A model generated the notes under the pieces. The model made no database searches. It saw only the letters and a program-made list of their open reading frames with translations, and was not told the DNA's origin. Source: Macrostomum lignano (lineage: Eukaryota). From it: a stretch of DNA of 64,000 bases. Below, piece after piece: positions 47,324-60,331 of this stretch. Made by a program: the position numbers and the translations under genes. Location of the stretch: the NCBI GenBank assembly GCA_002269645.1, contig NIVC01000178.1, forward strand, positions 62,001 to 126,000, read 5' to 3'. The first letter of the stretch is position 1. Each line of letters begins with the position of its first letter.

Positions 47324-50300
47324 AGAGGTAGGACTATGAAGAACAGCAAGGGGAGATTAAAATTAAAAGACAAGAAGGCAGAGGAAGGAGAAAAGAAAGG
47401 ATGAGTAAATAGGACCATACATGCGCAACCTCCAAAATTCGGTCGACTTAATTTTAACAAAAATGCGACGTAGTTTTAGGCCAAAAATGCGACTTGCATG
47501 TAAAAAAACCCTAAAGCAAAATAAACGCAACCTTGGGTAAACGGCAGAAGTAACTATGACTGTCTTATGAGGTCAAAATGCCTCGTCAGCTACTTAGTAC
47601 TACTACTTCGGTTTTTCGGGTGGGCATTTTTGCGACTTCCTTGATTGGCCGCCAAATCGGTCGGCCGGATCGGCCAACTCGGCCAACTGTTGCGCATGTA
47701 TGAATAGGACAATTGGGAGACTGAGAGCAGGAAGAGGGCGAGAGCGGAAAAGAGAATAAGAAATGGAGACAGACGAGCCAATAATACTTTATAGTAATTA
47801 AAATTAATTACTATCAATGTTGACAGATAGCAATACAATAGAAGTTAAATTACAACAAAGTTAAAGTACAAAACAAAACAAATGGGTCTAGTTGAAAATG
47901 CAGAGGCCACATCCCTTGGGACGGTAACTTGCCTGACCGATTTTGAATAAAATAAGGCTTAATAGTTACTAACTAATTAAGGCTTCAAAGTAATCGATGG
48001 CTTAGGCAAGGTTAACGTCTCAGGGATTTGCGCCATCTGACAGCGTTTGTTGTGTCGATGATATATTTATTGAGGTTGAGAGTTGAGACTCAAGGGAGGA
48101 AAAATGGCAGCTCAAATTGTGTGGCAAACAAAATTTCAAGATTTAACAACTACTATTATTTAACTTACCATATTACCGTTGCTTTTGTCAGTGTCAGCGC
48201 ATGTGAGACGACACGGCATGAGGCTTGCGGAGCAGCGAGAGCGAGAGCGGTGGTGTGCACTGTGCACTTTAAGCAAGTTGAAAATTGTTTAGACTGGGTG
48301 GAGTTTAATATGTAGACAAGGCCGAGACGAAAGAGAGAAAACTGAGATGAGAAGTGAGTGAATTCAACATTTTTGTGGATGCAGCACAAAGTTAAGGCCC
48401 AATTTCTCTTAGTCTTACCAACTTGATTGCGTAGAAGAGAAGTAGACAGTCGCTGTGTCAGTCGGACAGTAAACAAATTCCGTCTAACGCAGGTCCAGTC
48501 ACCCAGGAAAAGGGAACGTGTCTGTTACCGCGCTCTCACACATTCAAGTCTAAGTCCAGCTGTGTAGGTCCTTTTACTCGCAGTCGCAGCCCAGTAGGGG
48601 TTAGGGGAGGGGTGAGAGGCCAGCCCCCCCCCCCGTCTGTCTGGCTAGCTCAGGATTGGGGGTTTCGCGCTTTGGGGGGGTTGGCGGTTAGGCGCGGTCC
48701 GTTTATGTTTATGCCCGTCGGGGACGGTCTGGTCTGGGGAGGTGGAGCGGCGGGGGAAGGGGGTTGGTCTGGCACACGACTGGAGATAAGTAATAAAAGG
48801 CTGGGCTTGACTGTAAAATAGCTGGAACTCTAGAAGGGCAAAAGGGTTTGGCGCGACCCAGACAGTGGGTTGGGGTGGGTGGCTGTACGATACGAAGGGA
48901 GGGCATTAAAGCGAGAATACTCAAAACAGTAATGAGCAATTTCATTGGCCTCGGCCGGTCCTGTTGAGAGGGGGAAGGTAGATAGAGGAAAATGGAAATG
49001 TCTAGAATTTTTCAACTTTGCCGCTGTCGGGACCGGGGGCTGGGGTGGGACGGGACGAGCGCGGAGCTGAGGAAGGCAAGCGCATAAATAAATTTTGCTG
49101 TTGACTTGCCCTATTTTTGCACTTACACACGTTTACACAACACATATAAAGCAGCTTTCGTTCAGACTCGAGTCAGACTCGAGAGCCGAGACGAGACGAG
49201 ACACGAGTATTTTTACTCCGCTTGGAAAATCCAAATGTTTCCCTTACCTTTCTTTCCTCCTTCTTTTGTATAAAAAGGATCCCGTGATCTTAGTTAGAAG
49301 CTGAACTTACTGTTTTGCTCAGCTGTTTTTCGTTAATTTTTTAATTTATGCTTTTTTTAGTCTAAAAAAAGGCGTCTGCTGGTCTGCAGACAGCAGTCGA
49401 GGGGCGACCGTCTGTCTTAATTAAGTTGTCAAAATGATGGCATCTGTCGATATAAGTAATTCCTCATGCTTTCTGTTAAATTATATTCTAACCGTATTTA
49501 AAGCCACCCAAATATCACAAGAAAAAAGTCAACAGAGACCAGACATAAACATGTGGGGTTGAAAGGTTCTTTGTCCGTTGGAACAGAAAATGCGTGGGCG
49601 GTGGAGGCGTACATCAGGTTCCTACTTCCTTTTAAAGGAAGGGACAGCCCCGGACCAGTGTTTTATTTTATAGTGCGGGTGGGAGAAGTTATGGGGTTTA
49701 TAAGTCTGTAAATAAGGAAGGTGAGTGAGTGCATGTGCAGTGAGTGGCTGACTGGTGGGAGCGGAACGGCATATTCGAGCGTCAACATTACTTAAACAGT
49801 ATTTATAGTCTTTATCTCTTTTCCGGTTGAGAAACTAATTGGAAGCTTGGCGTGGAGTAAGGGTGCAGCATCCGGATTCCGGCTGCACTTTGCCAATTAA
49901 TTAGGTTAATTATTGTATTAGTACCGTAGCCAAATATTTTTTGGTATGCACTAAGGCGGTTAATAAAATAGATGCGTCAGTGCGAAATCTGTGGTAAATG
50001 TTTTAAAGGCAACTTTTCGCCGAAAAATACACTGCAGAGATAGGAGGTTTTCATTTTTTTCAGCACAAAAATTGTTATTGCTTTTGATAGGAGGCAGATC
50101 CAGTGTTCATCTTTTGATATGTTGTGCCTTTCTTATTGCTCAATCGATATTCATAAAGCTTTTTGTTCAGAAATAGTTTTAAAGGCAGGTTTCACTGGAA
50201 AAATACACTATGGAGATAGGAAATTTCACGATTTTCAACACTAAAACAGTGATTGAGTCTTATAAGTTAACAGTGTCAGAGAAAGTCCTAATCACCCTAT

Positions 50301-50572
50301 TTTGTGCCTCACATGCTGCTCTAACGGCGCATTAATCGATTTTTCATGTTAAATTGGTCTGTCACTTGAAAAAACGTTTAAAATAATGACAATAAAGACA
50401 AAAATGAAAAAAACATTTACCATAGATTTCGAGTGTTGCGTCCTTCTACTTAAATTGCCCTTAGTTATTGATCGGGCTAATTAATAATAACGTCCAACAA
50501 CTGAAATAAAATGAAGGGAATTTTTAGATGATCAGAGTTAGCCTGACCCCATTGAACTCCGACTACAGCCCT

Positions 50573-50907
50573 GATGCTGGCGCCCCTGGTGCTGGCGCCC
50601 CTGGTGCTGGCGCCCCTGGTGCTGGCGCCCCTGGTGCTGGCGCCCCTGGTGCTGGCGCCCCTGGTGCTGGCGCCCCTGGTGCTGGCGCCCCTGGTGCTGG
50701 CGCCCCTGGTGCTGGCGCCCCTGGTGCTGGCGCCCCTGGTGCTGGCGCCCCTGGTGCTGGCGCCCCTGGTGCTGGCGCCCCTGGTGCTGGCGCCCCTGGT
50801 GCTGGCGCCCCTGGTGCTGGCGCCCCTGGTGCTGGCGCCCCTGGTGCTGGCGCCCCTGGTGCTGGCGCCCCTGGTGCTGGCGCCCCTGGTGCTGGCGCCC
50901 CTGGTGC
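50573..50907. repeat. 15-bp minisatellite (GGCGCCCCTGGTGCT), about 22 units
   Basis: Perfect units, inverted relative to 42137-42487. Confidence 0.95.
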
Positions 50908-51324
50908 TAAAGCCCCTCCACTCTACTCACGCTTGGCATGGCTCAGACCTGAATTGCCTGCATTGCCTCCGTTATCTAAAATTCTAAATTGCGTTTCATT
51001 GTTCATTCAGCAGGTGTCCTTGTCTCTGAGTCTCTACTATCTACGATCTGAGGACTCTTAATATAATAGTGCTTTTGGGTGTGCATGCGGCTCGTTGCTG
51101 ACATTCTGAGTCTCTGGACTTTGTGCCTGACCCTGCCTCGACTTACCTATAACATGCTGCGATAAGGCCAAAGGCAATGTACGTACATATTTAACGAAGC
51201 AGCATGCAGGATCGAAGTCCACCAAGCTAAGGTAATAATAGTTAGCTTTTCTTGTGGAGTTGGGGTTCCCGTAAAAGGGGGCGCCAAAACTACTAATAAA
51301 ACAGCGCCTAAGTCACTGAGAAAA

Positions 51325-51790
51325 TGGCGCCAAAGCTGGGACAAAAGTGGTGCCAAATCTATAATAAAGCTGCAAACAAAAGTGGCGCCAAAGCTGCAAA
51401 CAAAAGTGGCGCCAAAGCCACTACAAAAGTGGCGCCAAAGCTGCAAACAAAAGTGGCGCCGAAGCCACTACAAAAGTGGCACCAAAGCTGCAAACAAAAG
51501 TGGCGCCAAAGCTGCAAACAAAAGTGGCGCCAAAGCCACTACAAAAGTGGCGCTAAAGCTGCAAACAAAAGTGGCGCCGAAACTACTACAAAAGTGGCGC
51601 CAAAGCTGCAAACAAAAGTGGCGCCGAAGCCACTACAAAAGTGGCACCAAAGCTGCAAACAAAAGTGGCGCCGAAGCTACTACAAAAGTGGCGCCAAAGC
51701 TGCAAACAAAAGTGGCGCCAAAGCCACTACAAAAGTAGCGCCAAAGCCACTTAAAAAGAGCGCCAAAGCTACTGCAAATTTGGCACCAAA
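51325..51790. repeat. 23-24-bp GGCGCC-containing minisatellite
   Basis: CAAAAGTGGCGCCAAAGCTGCAAA and AAAAGTGGCGCCAAAGCCACTAC units. Confidence 0.9.
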
Positions 51791-52369
51791 GCCGCTGAAG
51801 AGTGGCGCCTATGCTACTTTTTTGGGTCCATCATTATTAGCAGCGAGCATACACTAAGCGTATTATTGTCACGCCTCAAGTTAAGGTAGTTAATACCTGG
51901 TCACGAGCCAACAATATCATGCAGTTGAAGTTGCATTGAGTTGTGCTAAAGACATGGCAATTCAAATTTGGGTTGCTGAAAGTTCGGTTCCATAAAATTT
52001 GTAGGCATGACTTTTTTTGAGGTCACATTGGCTAGACTATGGAGACAGACAAGCAAGTACAGATAGAGGGCACGAGAGTGGAGTACAGCAGGGCATGCAC
52101 CGTAGGCGTAGCTCTCTATTATGCTTGAATTCACAAGCTGCATATGGAATGAGAAGTGACATGAAGTGACAGCTAGCCCAGCAGTCCTGGGGGGTCACTA
52201 TATTGTCGCTTAATAGTTTAGCAAGCAACATTAAATCCATTTTTGCAGCGTTAAAGAAGCCATACTGAATTTTTCTCTGCTAAGTCTGGCATTGCAAAAT
52301 TGTTTTGTCCTAACATAAATTTTAATGAATCAGCTTAGCTACCAATCTACCAACTGCGCTAAAAAATCC

Positions 52370-53140
52370 ACAGACTGCAGTAATCCACAGACTGCAGTAA
52401 TCCACAGACTGCAATACTCCACAGACTGCAGTAATCAACAGACTGCAGTAATCCACAGACTGCAGTAATCCACAGACTGAAGTAATCCACAGACTGAAGT
52501 AATCCACAGACTGCAGTAATCCACAGACTGCAGTAATCCACAGACTGCAGTAATCCACAGACTGCAGTAATCCACAGACTGCAATACTCCACAGACTGCA
52601 CTAATCCACCAAGACTGCACTAATCCACCAAGACTGCACTGATCCACCAAGACTGCACTAATCCACCAAGACTGCACTAATCCACCAAGACTGCACTGAT
52701 CCACCAAGACTGCACTAATCCACCATTAAACCAGTGAGACGAAGTCAAGGCAGTTGGCACGAGAGGCGCAGGTTCGAGCCTGGCCCTATTGTACGAGTAT
52801 TCGAGCGTATTTATTAACTTTCATTTACCGGACTTAAAAGCCAAATAAAAACCTTGGAGACTTAAAAGCGAGAAAAAAATCAATACGCGCTTGGCGGGTC
52901 AGCGACAGCCCGCATCGTATTAAATAAACGCCACCCAGGCCGCGGGCACGTGACCAAGGCCCGGCCCACCACCCCCCGCACCAACGCACAAGAGCCACGC
53001 CCCACTGGTTTAACACCCAACCAAGCTACGCCCGGTCGGACCAATTGACTGAATTAATTAACCAAGACTGCACTAGTGCACTAATCCACCAAGACTGAAC
53101 TAATTAACCAAGACTGCACTAATCCACCAAGACTGCACCA
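52370..53140. repeat. 17/19-bp minisatellite (AATCCACAGACTGCAGT grading to ACTAATCCACCAAGACTGC), interrupted by a MITE
   Basis: Units at 52370-52725 and about 53055-53140. Confidence 0.85.
52730..53008. mobile_element. 279-bp MITE-like element with 7-bp TIRs flanked by TTAA
   Basis: TTAA-ACCAGTG at 52726-52736 and CACTGGT-TTAA at 53002-53012. Internal B-box GGTTCGAGCC at 52771-52780. Confidence 0.55.
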
Positions 53141-54911
53141 CTGATTCACCAAATTGCATTAATACATCAAACTGCACTAACCCATAAAACTTAATGTAGA
53201 AAATCAATTACAAGCTTGCTATAAAATACACCTAACTGCACCAATAGACAAACCCTTATACGAGTATAGTTTACTTGTAATTTACAAAGCGCATGCATCT
53301 TATATGTATGTATATATGCGGTATGTTTGTTTTATGCTGTCTGATATCTGTATAGTGGGGTCGACGGGTTAAATGCAAAACATTTCAAATTAACTTGCAC
53401 GCCCAGCTGAGGGAGAAGATCGAGTACACGGTTACAAAAGCCCGCCGCGGTCTCAAAAGTTCTATAGCCATGCTCCGTGGAGTCGTGCATAGCATAGCAT
53501 GAGCCGGTTCTTAATATGCTTGCGCTTTCTGACTGTTTTGAACGCTAGAAACTATTGTGTGAGCGTATAGTATACAGTTTAGACGCATGCAGTGCGACAG
53601 CAATTTGCATTTTGCAGTATACTATGTTAAAATCCATGAATAATAAACGATCGAATTAGGATCAATTTTCCATCTGCAGGCAGCAACGAGAGTCAAGAAT
53701 AAAGTACGAGTACTAAAGCACCGGTATAGAACTAAAAAATTGCGCGGCATACAGCTGTAAGAGCTTAAAATTATGCTTCTGTTTTGCTGATCGGAGCTAT
53801 ATAAGTTGGGGTAACGTGTAGTATATATAATGTGCATAAAAACCATAATTCTGATGAATGCACTCGATTCTTTAAGATCGAGGCCATATGCCAGTAGCCA
53901 AAAGTATAGAAACGCTTGGAAAATCGAAAATCGAAAATCTATAAACGGCAAGTATAGGATTTCAAGTGCAAAATGCGGTTATTTAACTGCTAAATTAAAA
54001 GCACGTGCAAGAGCATGCACAAAGATCATGCAGACTTACATATATATTCGCGAGCTGATATTTCGGATATCTTTATTTTAATAATTTGATTTCGCTTCAA
54101 AATCCATTAGAGAGGCAATTTTTTGTTGTTTATAATATTTTCATGCATTAACTAATAACATTCTGTGACTTACTTATACTCACGATAGTAAAACTGCTGT
54201 ACGTGGTTTAAACAAATCTTTTTATATTACTCTTAGTAATAAAACAAAAATGCGCCGAGAAGACAATGTCGCAAACTTTCTTGTAGCTGCTTGTGTGTAT
54301 TAAATATATCGAAGTCGATTATTTCTGTACAGCAAAGGGCAAACTTAAACCAGAATAAATCAAATCATTGGACATTGGAGTCTTTTTTGTATTTTTAGCA
54401 AAGATATACAACTTTGTCAGCGCTACATATTTTGATGAAATATGCCTGATGAATTAGTAAGAACTGCAGTCATCAAATTCAGAACTTATGAAGTTAGGAA
54501 AATGTGTATGCAAAAGCTATACGACAGTTATTTCAGTTCAGTAAATGAGACACTACACGAGACACGGAGACGCAAGACACGGAACATTACGGTACGTTTT
54601 TAAAAAATCATTTTTCATAGAAACCACACTGAAAGCAAAGTTTTTTTCAGACTTTCAAAAGAAATTTGTTGTCCTGTCCTAGGTATAAATAAATCTTTCC
54701 TGCAAGTCTGAAAAAAGTAACTTTATAGGGGATTTTTCTACTTTTAAATACACAAGTCGATTTATTGAGGTATTCTTTCGCTGCTGTAACTAAAATCAAA
54801 TCTAAGTCCGTGCTAGTGCTACTACTAACTAACAAATAAGCGCTACTTCGCTACAGAAGTTGCATAAAGCCATAATTAGACAAAAATAACTAAAATAGCT
54901 TATGCCTAAAA

Positions 54912-57900
54912 ATGCCATCTTCTTCGTCTTGCAAAATGTTTCGAGCAGTATATAATTTTCAAGGATCAGAAAAAAATTCGCTGAACTTTAACCAAAATGA
55001 TGTTCTCATTGTCATTCAACCAGTTGATGAGAACTGGTTCTTTGGCTGTTTAAATGACAAATGGGGTTTCATTCCCCAGAAGTATGTGACGGAACTAAAG
55101 GTAAGAATATTAAGCAATAGCTTTATTGGTATTTTTTAGGTAAAAAAATCAGTTTGTCCCTTTTTCAATTATCCTAATTATTTAGCTAGAATATTACAGG
55201 CATACAAGGCCTGTCTTTAATGTATTATAATCTTATAATCTTAAAATCATATGTTAACATCAAAATATTTTTAATAGCTCCCAAAATATTGATTTCAATG
55301 AAATTAATGCTTGAATATTTAAGTGAAGACAACAATTAGTGTTTAGAAAGCATTAAAAGACAGTTTCTTTATAGAAAATAACAAAATAGATTATATTACT
55401 AGATTATCTATAAAAAATTAGCACGGTTAGAATCAGAATATTATAGAATTTCAACAGAATGAAGCTATACCATAATAAGCTAATTAAAAAGAATTATTTT
55501 TAAGTCTAAGAGCCAGATCGAGGTCTATCAGTCTATTAGATAGCCCTCTAATCACCTAGGCTAGTGTCCCTCACACCAACAAAATTAGACTAGCATGGTT
55601 TATTTAGACTAGCTTTTACTATATACTATATAGGCTATATATATATATAAGAGGCTAAGTGGGATTTTCCAGAATGGGCAAGTTTTTTGGTTTCAAAATG
55701 GGATTGGAATCTCTATCTAATATATCATAGGCTTAAATTGAGGTTAGTCAGATGAAAATATTTAGGATTGGTAGGTGAAATAAAGTCAAAACAGATCTTT
55801 ATTTTGGCTCAAAAGCACAAAAAACATTACAGGCTAAAAACCTGCCTTATATTGAAACTATTTATTATCAATTGATTGACTCACCGCAACCCCCTAACCC
55901 ACGCTAGCAAAGTACATGCAGAGAGAGAGAGAGAGAGAGTCACCAAAACAACTTAACCCAGCCCCTGCCCCAGTGCGCACGCAGGCCAAGCTATCACAGT
56001 AGGATTAGAATCCCAATTTTTTGTTTTCCTTTTTTTCTTTTTATTTTCCCAGAAACTCAAGATTTTGAGATTTGATTAATTTACAACTATGTATTATGTA
56101 ATGATAACAAGATTTAGAATTACTCTTTTTATTTATCAATCTTACTCACAGAATCATTCTTGTTGCTAGTATAAGCTTGACATAAATGCAAAGAATTAAA
56201 AATCATTTCTTTATTCTCAAAGGAGCGAGACTTTGACTACATGATCAAAACAATGAACTCCTGCATTGGCAAGCTGCAAAGGCTACCAGAGTCAAAAACT
56301 TCAGAAGGAGAACGAGGTGCTTTAAAGTAAGCTTGACTCAGAAGAAAAAATTAACTTGTCTTTTTATTCATAGTTTCCAAAGAACTGTCTAATTATGTAC
56401 TTTTGCAGAAAGCTAATAAAACACCGCGATGCACTTCTATCTGACCTGCCGGCAGAGAGGGATCGGCAAAAGCAACAACAGCAGCAGCAGCAGCAGCAGC
56501 AAAAGAAAGTCCCAGATCAATTAAATGGGGAGAGTTCTTCTTCTAGTTCGAAATTACCAAAACAGTCTAGTCCGCAGAAGCAGCCGCAGCAACAGGCTAG
56601 CAACAATCCGGCTCTTCTAGAAGCAACCGCCGGCCTGTCTCGTCATCTAGTAGACGTGGTTCGCTCCTGCACCAGAGCCTCCCATACGTCCTGCCGCGTA
56701 GCGGTGCAGCAACTGCTGGCGCTCATGGAGCACCGGCTGAGCAAGCAGTCACCTGATCTGGCCGCTACGCTGAAAAATCTGTCGGGACAGTTGACGGTCG
56801 ATAGTGAGGCCGACGAAGGCGAAGATGCCGACGACGCAGTGATTGACAGTCCCGATTGGCAGGCGAGTTTTAATTTATTAAAGAGAAAGTGCAACTAGAA
56901 CCTTTGAAAAGTACACCGAGTCAGCTGTTTAACCGGTTGTTTACTATAATTGGCCTAAAGTTTCACAGCGATTCACAGCCATGGGGGCCAACCCCCAAGA
57001 CGCAGAGAGTGTACATGCCTGACGATTAGAAAGTCAGAAGGGTGGCTGTACACCCCGTGTGAGCTCGTGTATGAATTCGTGCCAGCGTACAGTTCTGGCA
57101 CTCTTAGCAGGTGCTCAGGGGTCAGTGGAATTGGCAGAATTGCCGTCAGCGCTGCTTTTGTGTGATGACGACTTTTTCTCCTGTTCGATTTGATTGACAG
57201 GCCATGGACCGCCTGCTGTCAACTGCCGAACATCGGCGCAGCGACTGGCAGGAACGCGGCGGCTGGTCACTGCACGAGAATGAGTCGCAGGTGGTGGAGG
57301 AGTTGCAGCAGCTTGATGAATTGCTCACAGGTTTGCTAGGGCTCTTCTTGTTGTGTTTGAAAACTCGACTAAGTTTGAAGTTTTACAGGATTATAGCAAG
57401 TTTTATTGGTTTTAGGGTTCGAAATCTACACTTCTAGGAGATTTGAGATGGATTGTTCATGGGTTTGAGATTGGACGTTCATGTGTTTGAGATTGGACGT
57501 TCATGGGTTTTAGATTGGATGTTCATGGGTTTGAGATTGGATGTTCATGGTTTTGAGATTGGATGTTCATGGGTTTGAGATTGGATGTTCATGGGTTTGA
57601 GATTGGATGTTCATGGGTTTGAGATTGGATGTTCATGGGTTTGAGATTGGATGTTCATGGGTTTGAGATAGGATGTTCATGGGTTTGAGATTGGATGTTC
57701 ATGGGTTTGAGATTGGATGTTCATGGGTTTGAGATTGGATGTTCATGGGTTTGAGATAGGATGTTCATGGGTATGAGCTCGGATTTTCATGGATTTGAGA
57801 TAGGATGTTTATAGGTATGAGATAGAATGGTAATGTGTTTACATTACCTAAAACACTTAGATTTGAAAGTAAACAGCACCCCAGTTGCCATGCCGTTGCT

Positions 57901-60173
57901 AGACGCATTGTTTTATTGGTTTGCATTTGATGCGCCAGGCTCCGACCCGTTGGTTGGTAAGCGACGCGTTCGTTTCGACGGCTGCTCAGCGCCGCTCTGT
58001 CTGGCCGAGCTGCACTCGGCCGAAACTCGGCTATCTGTCCGGTTGTGGCTCGTCCGCTGCCTGTCGGACATGGCTAGACTATCTCGGCCGGCGGTTGGCG
58101 CCCTGCTGTGTCACAGCAACCTGCCTAACGATCTACTCAGAGAGATGTCAGCTTCCGGTTCGAAGATTACTGACAGAGCGCAGCGGAAACTGACATCAGA
58201 GTCGCTGCAGCTGCTAACCATGCTGTGCTGCGCCGGCATCCGGCCGCCCGTGTCTGTGGCTGGTTAGTGCAAACTGCGTTAAGCTAACCTGCCACTTCCG
58301 GTTCTAAACTGCAGTGTTGGGCTAACCTGCCACTTCCGGTTCTAAACTGCAGTGTTGGGCTAACCTACCACTTCCGGTTCTAAACTGCAGTCATGGGTTC
58401 ACCTACCACTCGGTTCTATTCATAAACTGCAGTCTTAGGCCAACCTACCACTTCCGGTTCTAAACTGCAGTCATGGGTTCACCTACCACTCGGTTCTATT
58501 CATAAACTGCAGTCTTAGGCCAACCTACCACTTCCGGTTCTAAACTGCAGTCATGGGTTCACCTACCACTCGGTTCTATTCATAAACTGTAGTCTTGGGC
58601 TAACCTACCACTTCCGGTTCTAGACCTACTTGCGCTACCAACAACTTTCAGTTGCAAATATACGTGTCCTGAAAGCTACACCCTAACCCGTACTACTGCC
58701 AATTTAAAGCAGTTTTTAAACTGTTAAACAACTCACTCGCCCACTCCGCAACCCACGGCAGACGCCCTGAATGAGCAGCTGTTCGCCAACTTATTCAACC
58801 TGCTGGCCTCCGAGGACAGTCAGTTCGGTGACTCAGACGAATCCCTGGTCCAGCCTATCGCTGATTTCTGTTTGGCTGCCAACAGTCTGTCTGGAAACTG
58901 TGAAACTACCTCATCGTTTGCGGCACTTCCAACGCACGAGAGGCCGCTGTTTCGAGCTCTTCTGGCCAACCAGTCTGCTTCCAGGCCATTTACAGAGTAC
59001 TTGCTCATGGTGTTTAACAGATCCGGTGGGTATAGGTTTTTTGTCAGAAATATTTCACTGTACCGTAGATGATCTATAATTCTAGCGCGATCTTTCTTTA
59101 ACCAGAGGATCCAACGGCTCTGCTGAGTCATTCGCCCCCTGCCCGAGACTCGGTATTGCAGATGCTCATCGATCTGTTTGGTCACGAATCAACTATAGGC
59201 GTATTTTATACAAACGACGTTCATGTAATGTTGGAAATCACCTGCCGGCTGTTAGATCGGTCGTCTGTGCAGTGCAAAGTAAGCTTTTGTGTATTTTTAT
59301 GTATTCGAAAAAAGCGTATTGACTTCATTCGATTAGATAGTTCTATGAGCTAAATGTGCATTTGATGTCATTAGACTAGGATTCTAAATATAGCATCTAT
59401 CGTCATTAGATAAGATTCTAAATATAGTATCTGACGTCATAGGATTCTAATTTTCTAAATATAGCATCCGTATAACATCATGCGACTATGATTCTAAATA
59501 TAGCATCCATCTGATGACATCATTCGACTAGGATTCTAAATATAGCATCTGACGTCATAGAATTCTAAATATAGCATCCATCTGACGTCATGCCCACTAG
59601 GATTCTAAATATAGCATTTCTAGTCATTCGCCTAGTCTTGGATTTTAAATGTCTGATGTCGTTTGATAGTAACAAATCACACGATTTTAAATAACCTTAC
59701 CAGACCTTATCTGAATGAATGAAGTCATGAAATGAAGTTCGTAATTGACTGATTGTAGGCTATTTAATTCTGATTGCTGTCTAGTCTGTACAAATAGTTT
59801 AATAATCGCAAAAGTAAAGTTCTAATGACTACAAGAGTTAAAAAGCTACTTTATCAAACTATACGAATATATAATTACATTCATATGCATTACATTACAA
59901 TTACATACATTCATATTACATTCACATTCATATTCTTATTTAGGCGAACTTAATGCTTGGACTGGGACTAAACATTCATATTGTCTTTGCTTTCAGATTC
60001 TGCCTCCCGTGCTGCAACTGCTGAGTCTGTTTTCTATCAGCAGACGCTATGGAGACCTGCTAGCCCGGCAGAGCAGTTTAAGAGAAGCGCTTCGCAGGCT
60101 GCTGGCACAGGAGGAGTTGGACTCAAATTTGGCAACCGAATGTCGAAATCTTCTGCAGGCGGTGTCCAAATAA
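54912..60173 (+). CDS. NCKIPSD: NCKIPSD/SPIN90/WISH-like protein (N-terminal SH3, C-terminal armadillo/LRD Arp2/3-activating region), 604 aa. Exons 54912-55100, 56223-56326, 56409-56862, 57201-57330, 57939-58262, 58762-59025, 59106-59278, 59997-60173
   Basis: SH3 FRAVYNF...LNFNQND...WFFG...GFIPQKYV; QERGGWSLHENE; EYLLMVFNRSEDP; SVLQMLIDLF...FYTND; LREALRRLLAQEE. Phases are consistent (1815 nt) when intron 3 uses a GC donor. Confidence 0.88.
57440..57800. repeat. 22-bp minisatellite in NCKIPSD intron 4
   Basis: TTGAGATTGGATGTTCATGGGT units. Confidence 0.92.
58285..58622. repeat. Composite minisatellite in NCKIPSD intron 5
   Basis: CTAACCTACCACTTCCGGTTCTAAACTGCAG units, with alternating variants. 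Confidence 0.88.
59375..59620. repeat. Degenerate repeat in NCKIPSD intron 7
   Basis: GACTAGGATTCTAAATATAGCATCTGACGTCAT variants. Confidence 0.8.
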
Positions 60174-60331
60174 AGTCTAAACTCGTTTTTAAATGCAAAT
60201 ATTTAGGACTTTTTACTTATTTTAGATGTTATTTTCTGTGTGCGAGTGTTATACTCTTACACCTCAATGATAGGTTAATAAGGAAACAGTTCAAGAAGAC
60301 AGATTCTACACTTGTCCAAAGACTAAGGGGC

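Noticed and set aside
48500-49700. Possible decayed retroelement fragments
   Set aside because: No recognisable RT, endonuclease or transposase motif could be read in any frame. A profile search would be needed.
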